Source: Balamuthia mandrillaris
Lineage: Eukaryota
DNA: 64,000 nt
Reading direction: 5' to 3'
NCBI GenBank assembly: GCA_031835245.2
Contig: JAVKOQ020000003.1
Span: 124,001 to 188,000, forward strand
The translations under genes were made by a program, and so were the position numbers. This document shows, piece after piece, positions 11,288-27,275 of the stretch (position 1 is its first letter; every line of letters starts with the position of its first letter). Under the pieces are notes generated by a model. That model had not been told where the DNA came from. It made no database searches and saw only the letters and a list, made by a program, of their open reading frames with translations.

Positions 11288-14200
11288 ATGATGGAGGTCC
11301 CATCGAACACCAGCTCTTCCCTTTCCCCCTCTGCCTCTTCCTCAGCCGCCGCCGCTTCTCCTTCTTCTCCTGCCTCCTCCTCCACCCCCGACGACCAAGC
11401 GGCTGGCCCCATTGAAGGCTCACCTCAACGACCACCAATGAACAACAACGACTCTGCTGCCTCCTCCTCTCCTGCTCCTTCTCCTTCCTCTTCCGCTCCG
11501 TTCTTTTCTGCGAGCGCTCGGCACAACCGCTTTCCCCTCTCTCCCTTCACCGCGCTCCCTCCGTCCGTTCTTCTTCAACAGCAGCAACAGCAGCAACCAC
11601 AACAGCAACGTTTCTATCACCCTCATGGCCACGGCCACAACAGAACGCCTTCGGCTGCGGCCCACTATTCGGCGGCAGCGGCGGCGCAGGCGCTCGCGGC
11701 CGTCGCCACGCCCTTCCTTCCTGCAGCTGCCTTGCTGAACGCTGCTGCCGCGGCGGCGGCTGCCGGTGGAAGTGCTGCTGGAGGCTCCAACAACGCACTG
11801 GTTGGTTGCCCCTGTTCTCTTTTCTGTCTTCTCTTCTTCTCCTCTCATTCTCTGCTTCGTTCTCTCCTCTTCTCGCTTCTCACGTTACTCTCAATAGCAA
11901 AACACTGCAGGCGCGAGCACCGAGGCCCAGCCAACACCCGAGGTAGCCCTTACAGATATGGGCACACGTCTTAAACTCGCTGGTCGCGTTGAAGAAGGTT
12001 CTACCCTCCTCATTCTCATTTTCTCTCTTCTTTCTCTTCTCTCTCTCTCTCTCTCTCTTGCTGATGTACCTTTCTTCTCTACCAGCAATGGCCAAATACA
12101 TGGAGGCCATTGCCATAAAGTCAGACTATGCCCCTGCTTACTATAACATGGCTGTTATCTACTCCGAGTTGGGTCGCTATGAGGAGGCGCTGCAACACTA
12201 CAACGCCGCCATTCAACACAACAAGTTCTACGTCGAGGCCTACTGCAACATCGGCGTCATCTACAAGAACGTGGGTCAACTGGAGGCAGCCATCAACTAC
12301 TATGACAAGTGCCTGAGCCTTAATCCCAATTTCACTATAGCGCGCAACAACATGGCTATAGCGCTGACGGACTATGGCACCAAGTTGAAGAGCGAGGGCA
12401 AGGGCAAAGATGCTGTTGCCTACTATCAAAAAGCCCTGCTCTATAACACGCGCTATGCCGATGCCTACTATAATCTCGGAGTGGCCTATGGCGAAATGGC
12501 GCAGTACGACAAGGCCATAGTTTGTTATGAGCTGGCGACAAATTTCAATCCGTTGTGCTGCGAGGCCTATAACAACTTGGGAGTGTTGTTCAAGGACAAG
12601 GACAACTTGGATAGGGCTATATCGTGCTATCAGACCGCTATAAACATTAACCCGAGATTTGCTCAAACGTTGAACAATCTTGGAGTTATTTATACTGTTC
12701 AAGGAAGGGTATGTTCCTTTTTCTCCTCTTCATCCTTTCTTGCTATTGTTTCTGAACGGTGTGTCTTTATGCAGTTGGATGAAGCGTACGAGCACGTAAA
12801 GAAAGCTATTGACGTAGATCCAACTTATGCTGAGGCCTACAACAACTTGGGAGTGCTGTACAGAGATGAAGGCGAGATAGAGAAAGCGGTTGCTTGTTAC
12901 GAGAAATGTCTTTCGTTGGATCCTTATTCTCGCAACGCTGGACAAAATCGCCTTCTCGCCATGAATTGTACATTCTCGTTTCTCTGTCTCTCTTTGTCTC
13001 TCTGTCTCTCTCTCTCTCTCTCTGTCTGTCTCTCTCTATTCTTCCTGTTCTGTTCTCTTCTAATTCTTTCTCTTTACAACAGATCTGCCAATGGCTGCGG
13101 ACCAAACGGAGGAGGCCTATCTGGAAAAACTGTATAGAGTGCACCGTGAATGGGGAGAGATGCACGAGCGTCTGCACAAGGACGCCTTCACGCGCTACTT
13201 GAATCCAGCAAATACCGAAGTCCAAAAGAAGAAGAAACTTCGCGTTGGTTACATCTCTCCAGACTATTTCACTCATTCCGTATCCTACTTTATCGAAGCT
13301 GTGTTACGACATCATAGTAGAAAGTTTATCTCTGTTTACTGGTACGATTGACTTGCTTTTTCCAATCTTTGTGGAACATTCTAAAGTAACGGAATCGTTT
13401 CTATCAGTTATTCAAACGTTGTAAAAGAGGATGCAAAGACCAAAAAGTTGAAGGCTTTGGCTGACCACTGGCGCCACACTTACCACAAGTCCGCCACCGA
13501 AGTTGCTCATATGGTTCATGAGGATGGAATTGACATTTTGGTCGAACTTACTGGTCATACCGCTGGCAATCGCTTGGATGTGATGAGCTTCCGCTCTGCG
13601 CCGATTCAGGTCACTTATCTTGGTTATCCCAACACCACTGGTTAGTTCCTCTCTTATTTATTCTTTCTTCTCTGTTTCCCCCATTTTTTTCAATTATCTT
13701 TCTTCTCACCCTATCCTGTAAAATAGGTTTGAGCACAATCCAATATCGGCTGACAGATGCGATTGCTGACCCAGTGGACTCCAAGCAACAGTACAGCGAA
13801 GAGCTTATTCGTCTACCTCATTGTTTCCTCTCCTACACTCCATCCGCCGAAGCTGGACCGGTTCGTTGTTTTTCTCTGGCTCATTTTGATTGCGAACTTG
13901 CTAACCTTCTCGCTGTCGCTTAGGTTGCTGATCCTCCTTTCTTGAAGAATGGGTATATAACGTTTGGTTCCTTTAACAACTTGGCGAAAATCAACAGTAG
14001 AGTGATAAATCTTTGGAGCACAATCCTCAATCTTGTTCCTCATTCGGTGCGGTTTCTCTTCTTCTGTTGTTTCTCCTTTAATACTCACTTTTTCCATGTC
14101 TCTATTTGTTAACAGAGGTTTGTGATGAAGTGCAAGCCCTTTGCTACTCCATCTGTAAAAGCCAAGGTTCTTGGCATCATGGAACGTGCTGGCATAGATC

Positions 14201-14344
14201 CTTCAAGGTATTGCATACTCTTACTGTCTTTTTCTCTTGTTGTTCTTGTTCTTGTCCTTGTCTGGGGGCACCGGATGAAAATCTAAGTCTGCATAACTTT
14301 ATATGTGACTTTTCCATGATCCATTTATATAAGTCTCTGAATGC

Positions 14345-14392
<48 letters not shown>

Positions 14393-14798
14393 TGTGACGT
14401 CTTATTCATTCTTTCTTTCAGGGTGTCTCTATTTCCTCTTGTCCCAATGAACGGAGACCATTTAGCAACCTATGGATTGATGGACATCAGCTTGGATACC
14501 TTTCCTTATGCTGGAACCACCACCACTTGCGAGTCTTTGTGGATGGGTTCGTCTTCTTGTTCTTCCCCTTCAGTTCACTTACTGATACAGAAACAAAACA
14601 ACAATAGGCGTCCCTGTTATCACATTGACAGGACCATGTCACGCTCATAACGTCGGAGCAAGTTTGTTGTCCCAGATAGATGGAATGGAACCATTCATTA
14701 CACACACGGAAGAAGATTACGTGAAACAAGCCGTACGCTTGGCCACCGACCATGACTTGTTGCGTGAAATTCGAAGGTACATTTTATTACTTTGCTTG

Positions 14799-14852
<54 letters not shown>

Positions 14853-16123
14853 ATTACCACATCATTTACATTTCGTTGAACATACGCATACTTTAATTTC
14901 CGTATCAACAAAAGTACATTGAGAGAAAGAATGAAAAATTCGTATTTGTGCAATGGAGCAGAGTTCACAAAGAACTTGGAGCAAGCCTACGCGGTAAGAG
15001 AAAGGCAGTAAGGAGTCACAAAGCAATCCTAACTCTCTCTCTCTCTCTCTCTCTTCAATTGCAGCAAATGTGGGAAAGATATTGTGAATCCGCGGAAGCA
15101 ACAGAGATGATGACTGTCGCCGAAAGCAATAACAAGAACAAACAAGTCATGAAGAACCAAAACGAGGATGAAGACGACGACGATGACTTGGGCCGCCCCT
15201 CTCAAAAACGGGCCAAAGAAGGAAAAGACGTTCGTGTTCCTTCTCCTGTTTCTTTCTCTCCTTCTCCTGCTTCTCCTTCTCTCTCTATTGTTTCTCCTCC
15301 TCGTTTTCCTTCTTCTTCCTCTCGAAATAGTGGTATTGGTGGTGGCGGAAATGGTAATTGCAGTGATCAAGAAGAGAGCAGCAGTGATGCAGATGTGCTC
15401 TCCCCCATTCCTCCTGTTCGAAGAAGGAGGAAGCGAGATGGCGATGCCCCTATTCTATCTCGCTCTTCTGCCACCACCGGTACCACTATGATTCATGAAG
15501 CCTCTTCTCGTTCATCCAACAAAAATGCTAATCATGCTACTCTTCTTCCTTCGCTGGATGTTCCATCATCATCCTCCGACTCTTCTCCCGCTCATTCTCG
15601 CTTTGCTTTTCAACAACACCAACGCCAACAACAGCATCACAAATCTGCGCAACAACAGCAACAACGACCGTTACAACAAGATACCTCCATCATCAAACGT
15701 TCCCGGTCAAGCTCAAACAACGCCAGCTCATCTTCTTCATCTGCTTCCCCATCCTCATCGCCGTCATCAAACCCATCTTCATTGCTTCGTCATGGCAATT
15801 GCAACCGATCTTCTTCCTCAACAACCACAAAGTCCTCTTCAGCTCCTGGAGAGACGGCCTTCTCTTCTAAAGAGAAACGAGCCTCTTTAGGGCCAGCAAA
15901 ACAAGAAGAAGAGGAAGAAGAGGAGGAGGAGGAAGAAAAGGAGAAGGAGACAGCGCGTCACCTTTTCGTTTCTTCTTCTGCCAACAACAGCTCTCCTTCC
16001 TCTTCGTCTTCCTCCATGAAACGAGTGGAAAGAGGAAGTGGAGCAAACGCGAAGAGAGGAGGACGTCGTCCGCCCCAAACTCGCACCGAGGAAGAACGCT
16101 TTGCTCATGACCAACGCCTCTGA
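11288..16123 (+). CDS. SPY: SPINDLY-family O-fucosyltransferase (GT41) with TPR repeats and long Ser-rich C-terminal tail
   Basis: TPRs (AYYNLGVAYGE, EAYNNLGV), SRNAGQNRLLAMN, LRVGYISPDYFTHSVSYFIEA, IDILVELTGHTAGNRL, APIQVTYLGYPNTTG, TFGSFNNLAKI, DISLDTFPYAGTTTTCESLWMG, HAHNVGASLL. Confidence 0.92.
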
Positions 16124-16269
16124 ACCGTAAACGCAACCACCCATTCCTTCCAGCACCAAAGTCATTCCATCCTATTTTTGTTTTTGTTGTTTAGTTTTGT
16201 AAAGAGGATGAGAATGACCTCCCTTTTTGTTTGTTTGTTCGAACAAAAAATGCATCTCCATCGCTTTCT

Positions 16270-16306
<37 letters not shown>

Positions 16307-16502
16307 CTCGCTCTCGCTCTCTCTCGCTCTCCTGCGCAGTTGAAAGATAGAGAGGAAATAAAAATGTTTACAACGGAAAGATATAAACTCGAGAAAACAA
16401 GCTGGGGTGAAGAGAGGTGTGAATGCCCAAGCCAACGTTTCAAATAAAAACAAGCCAAGGAAAAATAAAATTAAAAAACAGAGGAAAGCTTATTTGTGTT
16501 TT

Positions 16503-16838
16503 TTAGCTGTAGGCCATGCTTTCTTTCAACGCGTTCAACTCCAGTTCCTCTGGAGACAACTCCACAGCCACGGGTGTTCGCGTCGGTACGTTGGGCACTG
16601 CAGAGAAGGAAGAAAGACGAGATGAGCACTGGAATCGGAGGGAAGAGGAAGAGAGGATGGAAGGCGTACTCTCGGGTGTATGAGTGGGCTCTGTCGTCGC
16701 TGTGTCGATGCCGAGAAGCTGAGCATCCAAATCCTCCGCTTGGAGCTCTGCAAGCTCTCTCTCCAGTTCGTCCTGCGAAAGTAGGGAACATCAGCAAAAG
16801 AGAAAATAAAGGAATACGCCGTAAGCAAAAGTAGAGCA

Positions 16839-16889
<51 letters not shown>

Positions 16890-17638
16890 ACACAAACCTC
16901 ATCGATAGGATCGCCCAAAGGCTGGGAAATGGCATCATTGATCTCAGCTGCGATGTCCATCTGTTCCTTAATTTCATCCATTGTATCGTCAACCTTATCT
17001 ATGCTTCTATAGTATTCCAAACGCAAACAAAAACGTGTAAGTAAAGCGTTTTCGTCACTTGGTTTCATGAGAGAAGCAAAGAATGCAGAAGAGAACGAAA
17101 TAGAGGAGAGAGGAGGGAAGAAAGAGAGAGAAACAAACATTTCTCCGTGAATGCCTCTCATGGCTTGAGCTCCGATCCTCATGGCCTTCATGGCCTCCAA
17201 ACTGACAGCAGCGCCCTCAATGGCCATCAACTGCTGTTCAATGGTGCTCATGGCACCGGAGATCTTGTCCCGTTGTTGCTCATATGTCTTCTTTCGTTTG
17301 AGCGCCATCAACGCAGCTTTGTATTGTCAACCAGAAAAAAAAAAGAACAAGAAGAGAGAGAAAAGAAAAGAAGAACGAGACAACGTCAGGAAAAGAAAAC
17401 CAAAGGCAGAGAGCAGGAGAGAGTGTAAAATAACAACAACAAACGAGAAGGAGAGAGAGAAAGAGAGAGGGGAGAGAGAGAAAGAGAGAGGGGAGAGAGA
17501 GAAACAGAGAGGGGGGAGAGAGAAAGAGAGAGGAGAGAGAGAAAGAGAGAGGAGAGAGGAGAGAGAGAGAGGAGAGAGAGGAGAGAGAGAGAGAGAGAGA
17601 GAGAAGAAAAATAAAACACATAGGGAAAAAACGGGGAA

Positions 17639-17680
<42 letters not shown>

Positions 17681-17904
17681 CAAATAAAAGGCCCAAAAAA
17701 CAAAAAGGGGGAAGAGAGAGAGAGAGAAGGGAAAGTTGAACCTCGTTTGTTCTTAGAGGCGTGAAGTTTGGCAAACTGTATTTCTTTGTCTATTTTCTTT
17801 TGGAGGTAGTCCTCCCGCTTCTCCAACATGTCCAACGTCTCCCTGAGCTTGGCTATGCTCTCCTTGGGGGAGGCCGTCTTCTTGGCTCGTCCAAACAGCT
17901 TCAT
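16503..17904 (-). CDS. VPS32: ESCRT-III subunit Snf7/Vps32/CHMP4
   Basis: MKLFGRAKK...SIAKLRETLDMLEKREDYLQKKI...KNKR-AALMALKRKKTYEQQ...IDKVDDTMDEIKEQMDIAAEINDAISQPLG; C-terminal EELELNALKESMA. Confidence 0.93.
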
Positions 17905-19105
17905 CTGTATTTCGTTCTGCAAACGTTTTTGGGACGGAAAGAATTGAATATTTTTTTTCAAGTGAGCTCATTTTATAAATTTTTTTTTTACTGTAGAAAA
18001 GAGTTTTTTGGAAGAAGAAAACAAAAAAGAAACAAGGAAGAGATCAAAGAAGAGAGGGAAGGAGAGGGGAGGGGGGAGGGAGCTCTCACCTATGTAATCG
18101 AAAGAGAGAGAGACTGCGTTTCTTTTTCCGCCTTTTTTTTTTCTTTGGCAGTTTTATTTTTTTCATTGGTCGACAAAAAAGGCGGGAAAACGATTTTTCT
18201 TTTTTTTCGTTGAGCGAAATTTCTGTGGGAACCCTCAGGCAAATGATGAAGATTATCGATATTTCCCTTCCGATATTGATGATAATTGTCGACAATAAAT
18301 TGAAAATATCGAAGGAGTGTCCCTTCTTTCAACAAACAGAGAGGGTCCTCTGCAGGTATGAGTGACGAAACTAAGGTAAACGTACGAGAGCATAGGAACG
18401 ATGCATGTAGTTGGTAAGCAGTGCACCTCTAGCACCAGTAGTTGACCAAAAGGGCACCAAAAAAAAAATCAACTAAAAAACAAAAAGCCTGGAGTGGGGT
18501 TTCACCACTATCAAACCTGAATTTTCAAGTATTTAGAACCATGAGCGGACTGGCCATAGGCCTCCGGTCCGTTAGAAAAGACAGGTAGATGCTAATGCTG
18601 CAAGCACCAGGCTGTTCCAACCTGACGCTCAACTTACCTTAGCTAAGGACTTGTTTGTTTTCCAACCTTTTCCATTGTGGGTCGATGCCTGAAACCCTGT
18701 GGTCGACCAATAACAACAACCGTACTGGCTTGCTCGTCACCCGACAAAAATAAAGGAGAACAAGCAACGCACCGGTTGATATCCACTACTAGAGAAAAAG
18801 AAATAAAACAGAAATAAGCAATGGTCTCCTCAGAATTTCTTAAGGATGGACACAGCTCGAGCGGGAGAGCTCTTCCCTCTCCCACAACGTTGGGAACCCC
18901 AAGGGCCATGCCCCTCCCAAGGGAGTGTTGTTCGTCATGAGGACCCCATCGAACTTCTTGGCCGTGTCGTCCCGAGAATAGATTATCGATTATCGATGAT
19001 AGAATTTGAATAAATCGTCGACACGAAATCAACGCGAGAGAAGAAAGTAAAGCGAGAGAGAAGAGATTCACTATTGTTGCTCTTCCTTCCTTCCTTCCCC
19101 CTTTT

Positions 19106-19140
<35 letters not shown>

Positions 19141-19226
19141 TCCTGTCGAACTTGCATGCCGTGAGGAGCGTAGTAACTCAAAAAAAAATTCGAGCAAAAC
19201 AAAGCCAAAAAAAAGAAAAAGAAAAA

Positions 19227-21954
<2,728 letters not shown>

Positions 21955-22116
21955 AACCCTTTTTTTTTTGTTTCTCTATGCTTCTTTCCTTCTTTTTATT
22001 GCTTTCTTTCTTCGCCATGAACTCTGCTCGCTCTCTCTTCTCTCTTCTCTCTCGCTCTTCATCGTTCTCTCTCCTCTTTGTTATTGTTTTACACCAAAAA
22101 ACAATTTATACTTTTT

Positions 22117-23928
22117 TTACTGCACGATACATTTAGGCTTGAGGCCATGCTTGCCTTGCTTCTGCTGCGCCAGCTTCTCGCGCTGCTTGTACTCCTGCAC
22201 CTTGAGCTTGTATCCCTCCGGGTCCGTTCGCTTGTAGAGAATTTCCTCCAAAATGAAAATGGTCTCTGGGGACTTTACAAAGATCTTGGTCTTGCCCTCC
22301 TCGAACTCTTCCTGTACGTTTATCTCGGGTATGTGACCTCCCACCCATTCTATTTGTTGGTTTGAACGTACATTAGTTTCACAAACTAAGAAGAGGAAGA
22401 GCGAGAGAGAGAGCGACAGAGAGAGAGAGAGAGAAAGAAGCAGAGGAATAAGAAGAACAAGAATGAAGAATAATGAAAAAAAAAGAAGAAGATGATGATG
22501 AAGAAGGAAATACGTACGAACAAACTCGGGAATGGAAGAAGGTTGTGGCTCCTGATCGTTCTTCGTGCAAATAACGCCATACCTCCTCAGGAACACGTCC
22601 TTAAAGTGCCTGTAAGCATAGCCGCTCCGCTTGACCTTCACGTTCTCCAAGAGGCCCAAGTACTTGACCTGATGCTCCACTCGGCTGGAGTTGAAGCTCA
22701 TCGCCACCTTCTTGTCATTCGGCTTGATGCAGCGAATGTAATGCGGGCAGCACTGCGAGAGGCGCTCCATGAGGTAGTTGGCGCTGTTGCGGATCTGCAG
22801 GCCGGCAGTGGGAGGGGCTCGCTTGTCGTCGGAGACGTCCTCCGGGAAGAGCATGTGGATGAAGGGGTTCTGTGACTCCTGCATGCAGAGCACGAGGCCT
22901 TGGAAGAGTGTGTCCTTGTTCTTGAAAGGGAAGCCGGCCACGTCGTAGTCCACATCGCCGGCGTAATGCTTGACGGTGAATTGGGTGGCGGTCGGGCCGG
23001 CGGCGACCAGGTGCTCGTGATGGAGCTTGCTCACGCCGTCCATGAACTTGGCATCGATCGTGGCTTGGTCGGCAGCGTGCACGCTGCGACACACATCATC
23101 AAGAATACGGAAAATGCCTCTGTTTATAGCAGAGAAGTAATGAGAAACAGAAAGGGTAAAAAAAGAGAAGAGAGAGAGAGAGTCAGAAGGCAACACATAC
23201 GGAGGACGGCTTCCCTCAATGAGCTCGCACACGACCTTGTTGTCAAAGAACTTGATGTCCTTCCATTTCATGCCCTCTTCGTGGTACTCCTCCTGCTCGC
23301 CACGAACCGTCAGCTCGATAAAGATTTGTTGCAGCCTCTCATTCACATAATTAATACAGAACTATAACATATTATAGGAAGAGAAAGTTTGTTAGTTTGA
23401 CAATGAGAGAGAGAGAGAGAGCGAGAGAGAAAGGAACCTGTTCAAAGGAATTGTACTCAAAGATCTCAAAACCATAAATGTCCAACACGCCAATGACTTT
23501 GGTGTCGCCAGAGTAGCTCATCGACCGGTTGATCTTCTCCACCAAAAAGTCAAACACTCGGGAGTAGATGGTCTTTGCCAAGGCATCCCTTATGGCATAA
23601 CACTGGTCGGGGTTTTGAGGCACTTGGTATTGGGTTGCCCTTGCGCTTCCGCTTTGAATCTGTGCAAGGTTGTTAGGAGAAGCAGGAAAGAAGGAACAAG
23701 AGGAGAAAGGAAGAGAAGGAGAGAAGAGCGAAGAAAAGGAAGAAAAAGAACAAGAATGAAGCCGTACATATTTGTGGGTAAGAGATTGAGTGAGAATGTC
23801 AGGAGGAACTTGCAAAAGATAGGCAGCATAGTCCAAAGGACCACTGTCGGTGACTTGAGCAGGGGCGTTGCCCTTAAAGTTGATGTTGCCCAACCACAAA
23901 ATGGCTGCCAACAACTATAGAGAACAAG

Positions 23929-23981
<53 letters not shown>

Positions 23982-24005
23982 AATGTTAAACGAGCAACCA
24001 AAGAC

Positions 24006-24036
<31 letters not shown>

Positions 24037-24952
24037 AGAATAGACATCATAGGGAGAGAAACAAGAAAAACAAACCCTAAAGATCTCGTTCTGTTCTTGC
24101 GGGGTGATGCCTACGGTGGACATGGCCGCTTTGACCTCCTGGAAATCCTTAGCGTCATCCACATCCTCCACCGTGTTGCATCCGCTCTGGCTCAAAAAGT
24201 GAAAGTAGCTCAGGTCCGTGCCGAGGCCCAGTTCCTCCCTCATCTGGGAGTCCGCTCCGGCGCAGAGCTGATAGAAGATGTGAAAGTTGCGCTCTCCTTT
24301 GCCTTGGAAGGCCACTCGCGTCTTCTCCAACAGGAAAGTGGAGATCTGTCCGCCGACGGGAGCGGCGCTGCTGTCAAACTGGATCTCGAGGTACTTGCCG
24401 AACCGAGAGGAGTTGTCGTTACGGACGGTCTTGGCATTACCGAAAGCCTCCAACAGGGGGTTGCTGTCGATGATGACCTTCTTCACCATTTGGATGTCGA
24501 CGGGGCCGGAGCGCATCGGTGCACCTCCGCCGAAACCACCACCTCTAGCTCCTCCTCGTCCACCTCTTCCTCCGGCGGGAGGTGGTCCTCCGCCTCGACC
24601 GCCCCTTCCTCCAGCGGGAGGTGGTCCTCCGCCTCGTCCGCCTCTTCCTCCCGGACCGCCTCCTCGTCCGGGTCCTCCTGCTCCGGGCGGGCCGCCCATT
24701 CCTCCTCGTCCTCCTCTGCCCCCTCGTCCAGGGATTGGGGGTCCTCCCGCTCCTCCCATGGGAGGAGGCGGTCCCCCTGCAGACATACCGCCATCAAACG
24801 ATGATTCGCCACCACCACCACCTGCATCACCACCGAAACCACCACCGCCTCCTCCAAAACCACCCCCGCCTCCGCCGCCTCCTCCATATCCACCTCCACC
24901 TCCACCGCTGCTGCTAGCTCCTGAACCACTGTTTGGAGAGAGAAGGAGAGAG

Positions 24953-25011
<59 letters not shown>

Positions 25012-25426
25012 GTTTCTTGCAAGCAGCATTCGAGAGAACAACATACTTGGGACTGACAGCGGTAATGTAGTTCAAGATCAACTTGGCGCCAACCGTCTTG
25101 CCGGCGCCGGACTCTCCAGAAATGATGACGCACTGACTCTCATTGTCCTCCACCAACCGCCGGTACATGCGCTCCGCCAGGCCGTAGATGTGAGGCGGCG
25201 GGGCGGCCTTGCCGGAACCCGCCGCGAATTGGTACATCTTGATGAACTCCTCTCCGGTGATGGGGAGGTACTTGTAGGGGTTCACCGAGACGAGCACCTC
25301 GCCGAGGTTGGTGTAGATGAGCTCCCGGTCGAAGCGGTTCTGGAGCTGGGCCGTGAGGTTGCTGTTGGAGGGGCTGGAGCACATGACCAGGTCGTCCACT
25401 CCTTCTCCTTTGAATAGACGAAACAT
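22117..25426 (-). CDS. myoK: Tail-less class I myosin, MyoK-like, with Gly/Pro/Arg-rich insert in the motor and C-terminal CaaX
   Basis: [69 protein letters not shown] insert about 24505-24925; ends KCIVQ with no IQ/TH1/SH3 tail. Confidence 0.9.
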
Positions 25427-25939
25427 TTTTTTCCTATTTGTTGAAAACGATCCGGGTGTGTTCCTTCTTCTTCTTCTTCTTCTGTTATCCAAAAAAAAAT
25501 TATAATCTATAAAACCCTATAACGTTCTCTCTCTTCTTGAGAAAGAAACGACAAGAAAGAAAGGCGACAAAGAATGAAACACACACAGCAGAGCACTCTC
25601 TTCGTTTTACTCTATCGGGCTGTATTTCGCTCCGTTTCTTCTTCTTTGCTGCAATAAAACGAAAGAAAAAAATTACATCATTTACTGCAAGGGTGTGATT
25701 GGTTCGGAGTTTAACGGAGTAATCTAATAATGCGATCTCAAAATTAAAATTCTTTTCATGTTTCAAATTCTGGTGGAGTGTAATGTCGACACGAAAATAA
25801 GCATTGTTTAAATATTTAGCGTGTCTCTCGTGCTTTAAATTCTTCCATAATGTCGACATGAAGACTTCTTAATGTCGACACGACAAAGGAAGTGAAGAAG
25901 GATTAGATTAACTTCTTCCAAGGGAGACGTTCTGCCGTG

Positions 25940-26393
25940 ATGGACTGGGGAGAGACCACCTATCCGCGGCTCTACACCGGGTTTCATTCCTCGGAGGAAT
26001 TTGATGCCGTTGCGCATGAGGAAGCAGAGGAGGAGTACGAGGAGGACGAGGAGGAGGCCTCCTTCAAAGTGCCAAGAGGCATCGACAAGATAGAGTGGTG
26101 GATCCAAAACTGTTTGTTTTTCTTTTTCCCCTCTTCTCTCCTTTTCTTCCTCTCTTCTGTCATTGTGTTTTGGTCAAATTTGCTCATCTCACCTTTTAAA
26201 CAACAACAAAACAGTGGAGATCTGTTATCGAAATACAAAGAAGCTTTACGAGGACCTGTCCGAGCTGTGCACCGCAAAGACATGTCCTTACATGTCTGCC
26301 GGACCGTACTGTCTTTGTTCTCTTCTCTTCTTGTTCTTCTTGTTCTTGTTGTTGTTCTTGTTCTTGTTCTTCTTCTTGTTGTTGTTGTTGTTC

Positions 26394-26425
<32 letters not shown>

Positions 26426-27224
26426 CTTGTTCTTCTTCTTGTTCTTGTTCTTCTTCTTCTTCTTCTTGTTCTTCTTCTTCTTCTTCTTCTTGTTCTTCTT
26501 CTTCTTCTTCTTCTTCTTCTTCTTCTTCTTCTTCTTCTTCTTCTTCTTCTTCTTCTTCTTCTTCTTCTTCTTCTTCTTCTTCTTCTTCTTCTTCTTCTTG
26601 TTCTTCTTCTTCTTCTTCTTCTTCTTCTTCTTCTTCTTCTTCTTCTTCTTCTTCTTCTTCTTCTTCTTCTTCTTCTTCTTCTTCTTCTTCTTCTTCTTCT
26701 TCTTCTTCTTCTTCTTCTTCTCCACTTCTTCCTACGTAACCAGTCCCTCATGTTTGTTTTAATAGGAGGTACGAGTACCTCTGGTCGGACGACTTTCGGT
26801 TTCCTCGACCGGTGCGGGTCTCTGCTCCCTTGTACGCGCAATACCTCTTTGAGTGGTGCGACTTGATGTTTCTGGATTATACTTTCGGCCCTCCTGAAGG
26901 TATTTTCCCTGTCACTCAGGAAACGGAAGAAGAGCGAAAAGCTGCTCTGAGTGAGAGAGGGCAAAGAAGAGAACGAACCTTACTGAAAAACATATATCAA
27001 ACCAAAGGTACAGAGGGAGTTATCATGACCGTCTTTCGGCGATTGTTTAGGCTGCTTGCCCACATGTACTATGCTCACTGGAAGAACGGCATTCTCGACC
27101 AAGACAACGAGAAGGAGTTTGACAGATGCGCTAAGAGGTTGCTCCTCTTCATTCATGAATTTGAAATAATGACTGCTGCCGACATGGAACCCCTTCGTCC
27201 TCTCATCGCAGCTTTGTGTACCTA

Positions 27225-27275
<51 letters not shown>

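Noticed and set aside
18643..19071. 142-aa minus-strand ORF
   Set aside because: No recognisable motif, non-ATG start, no coding-like composition
24287..25417. Long Pro-rich + strand ORFs resembling formin/WASP
   Set aside because: Antisense shadow of the Gly-rich myosin insert
25984..26964. Poly-R/K/L/F ORFs
   Set aside because: Translations of the intronic (CTT)n microsatellite
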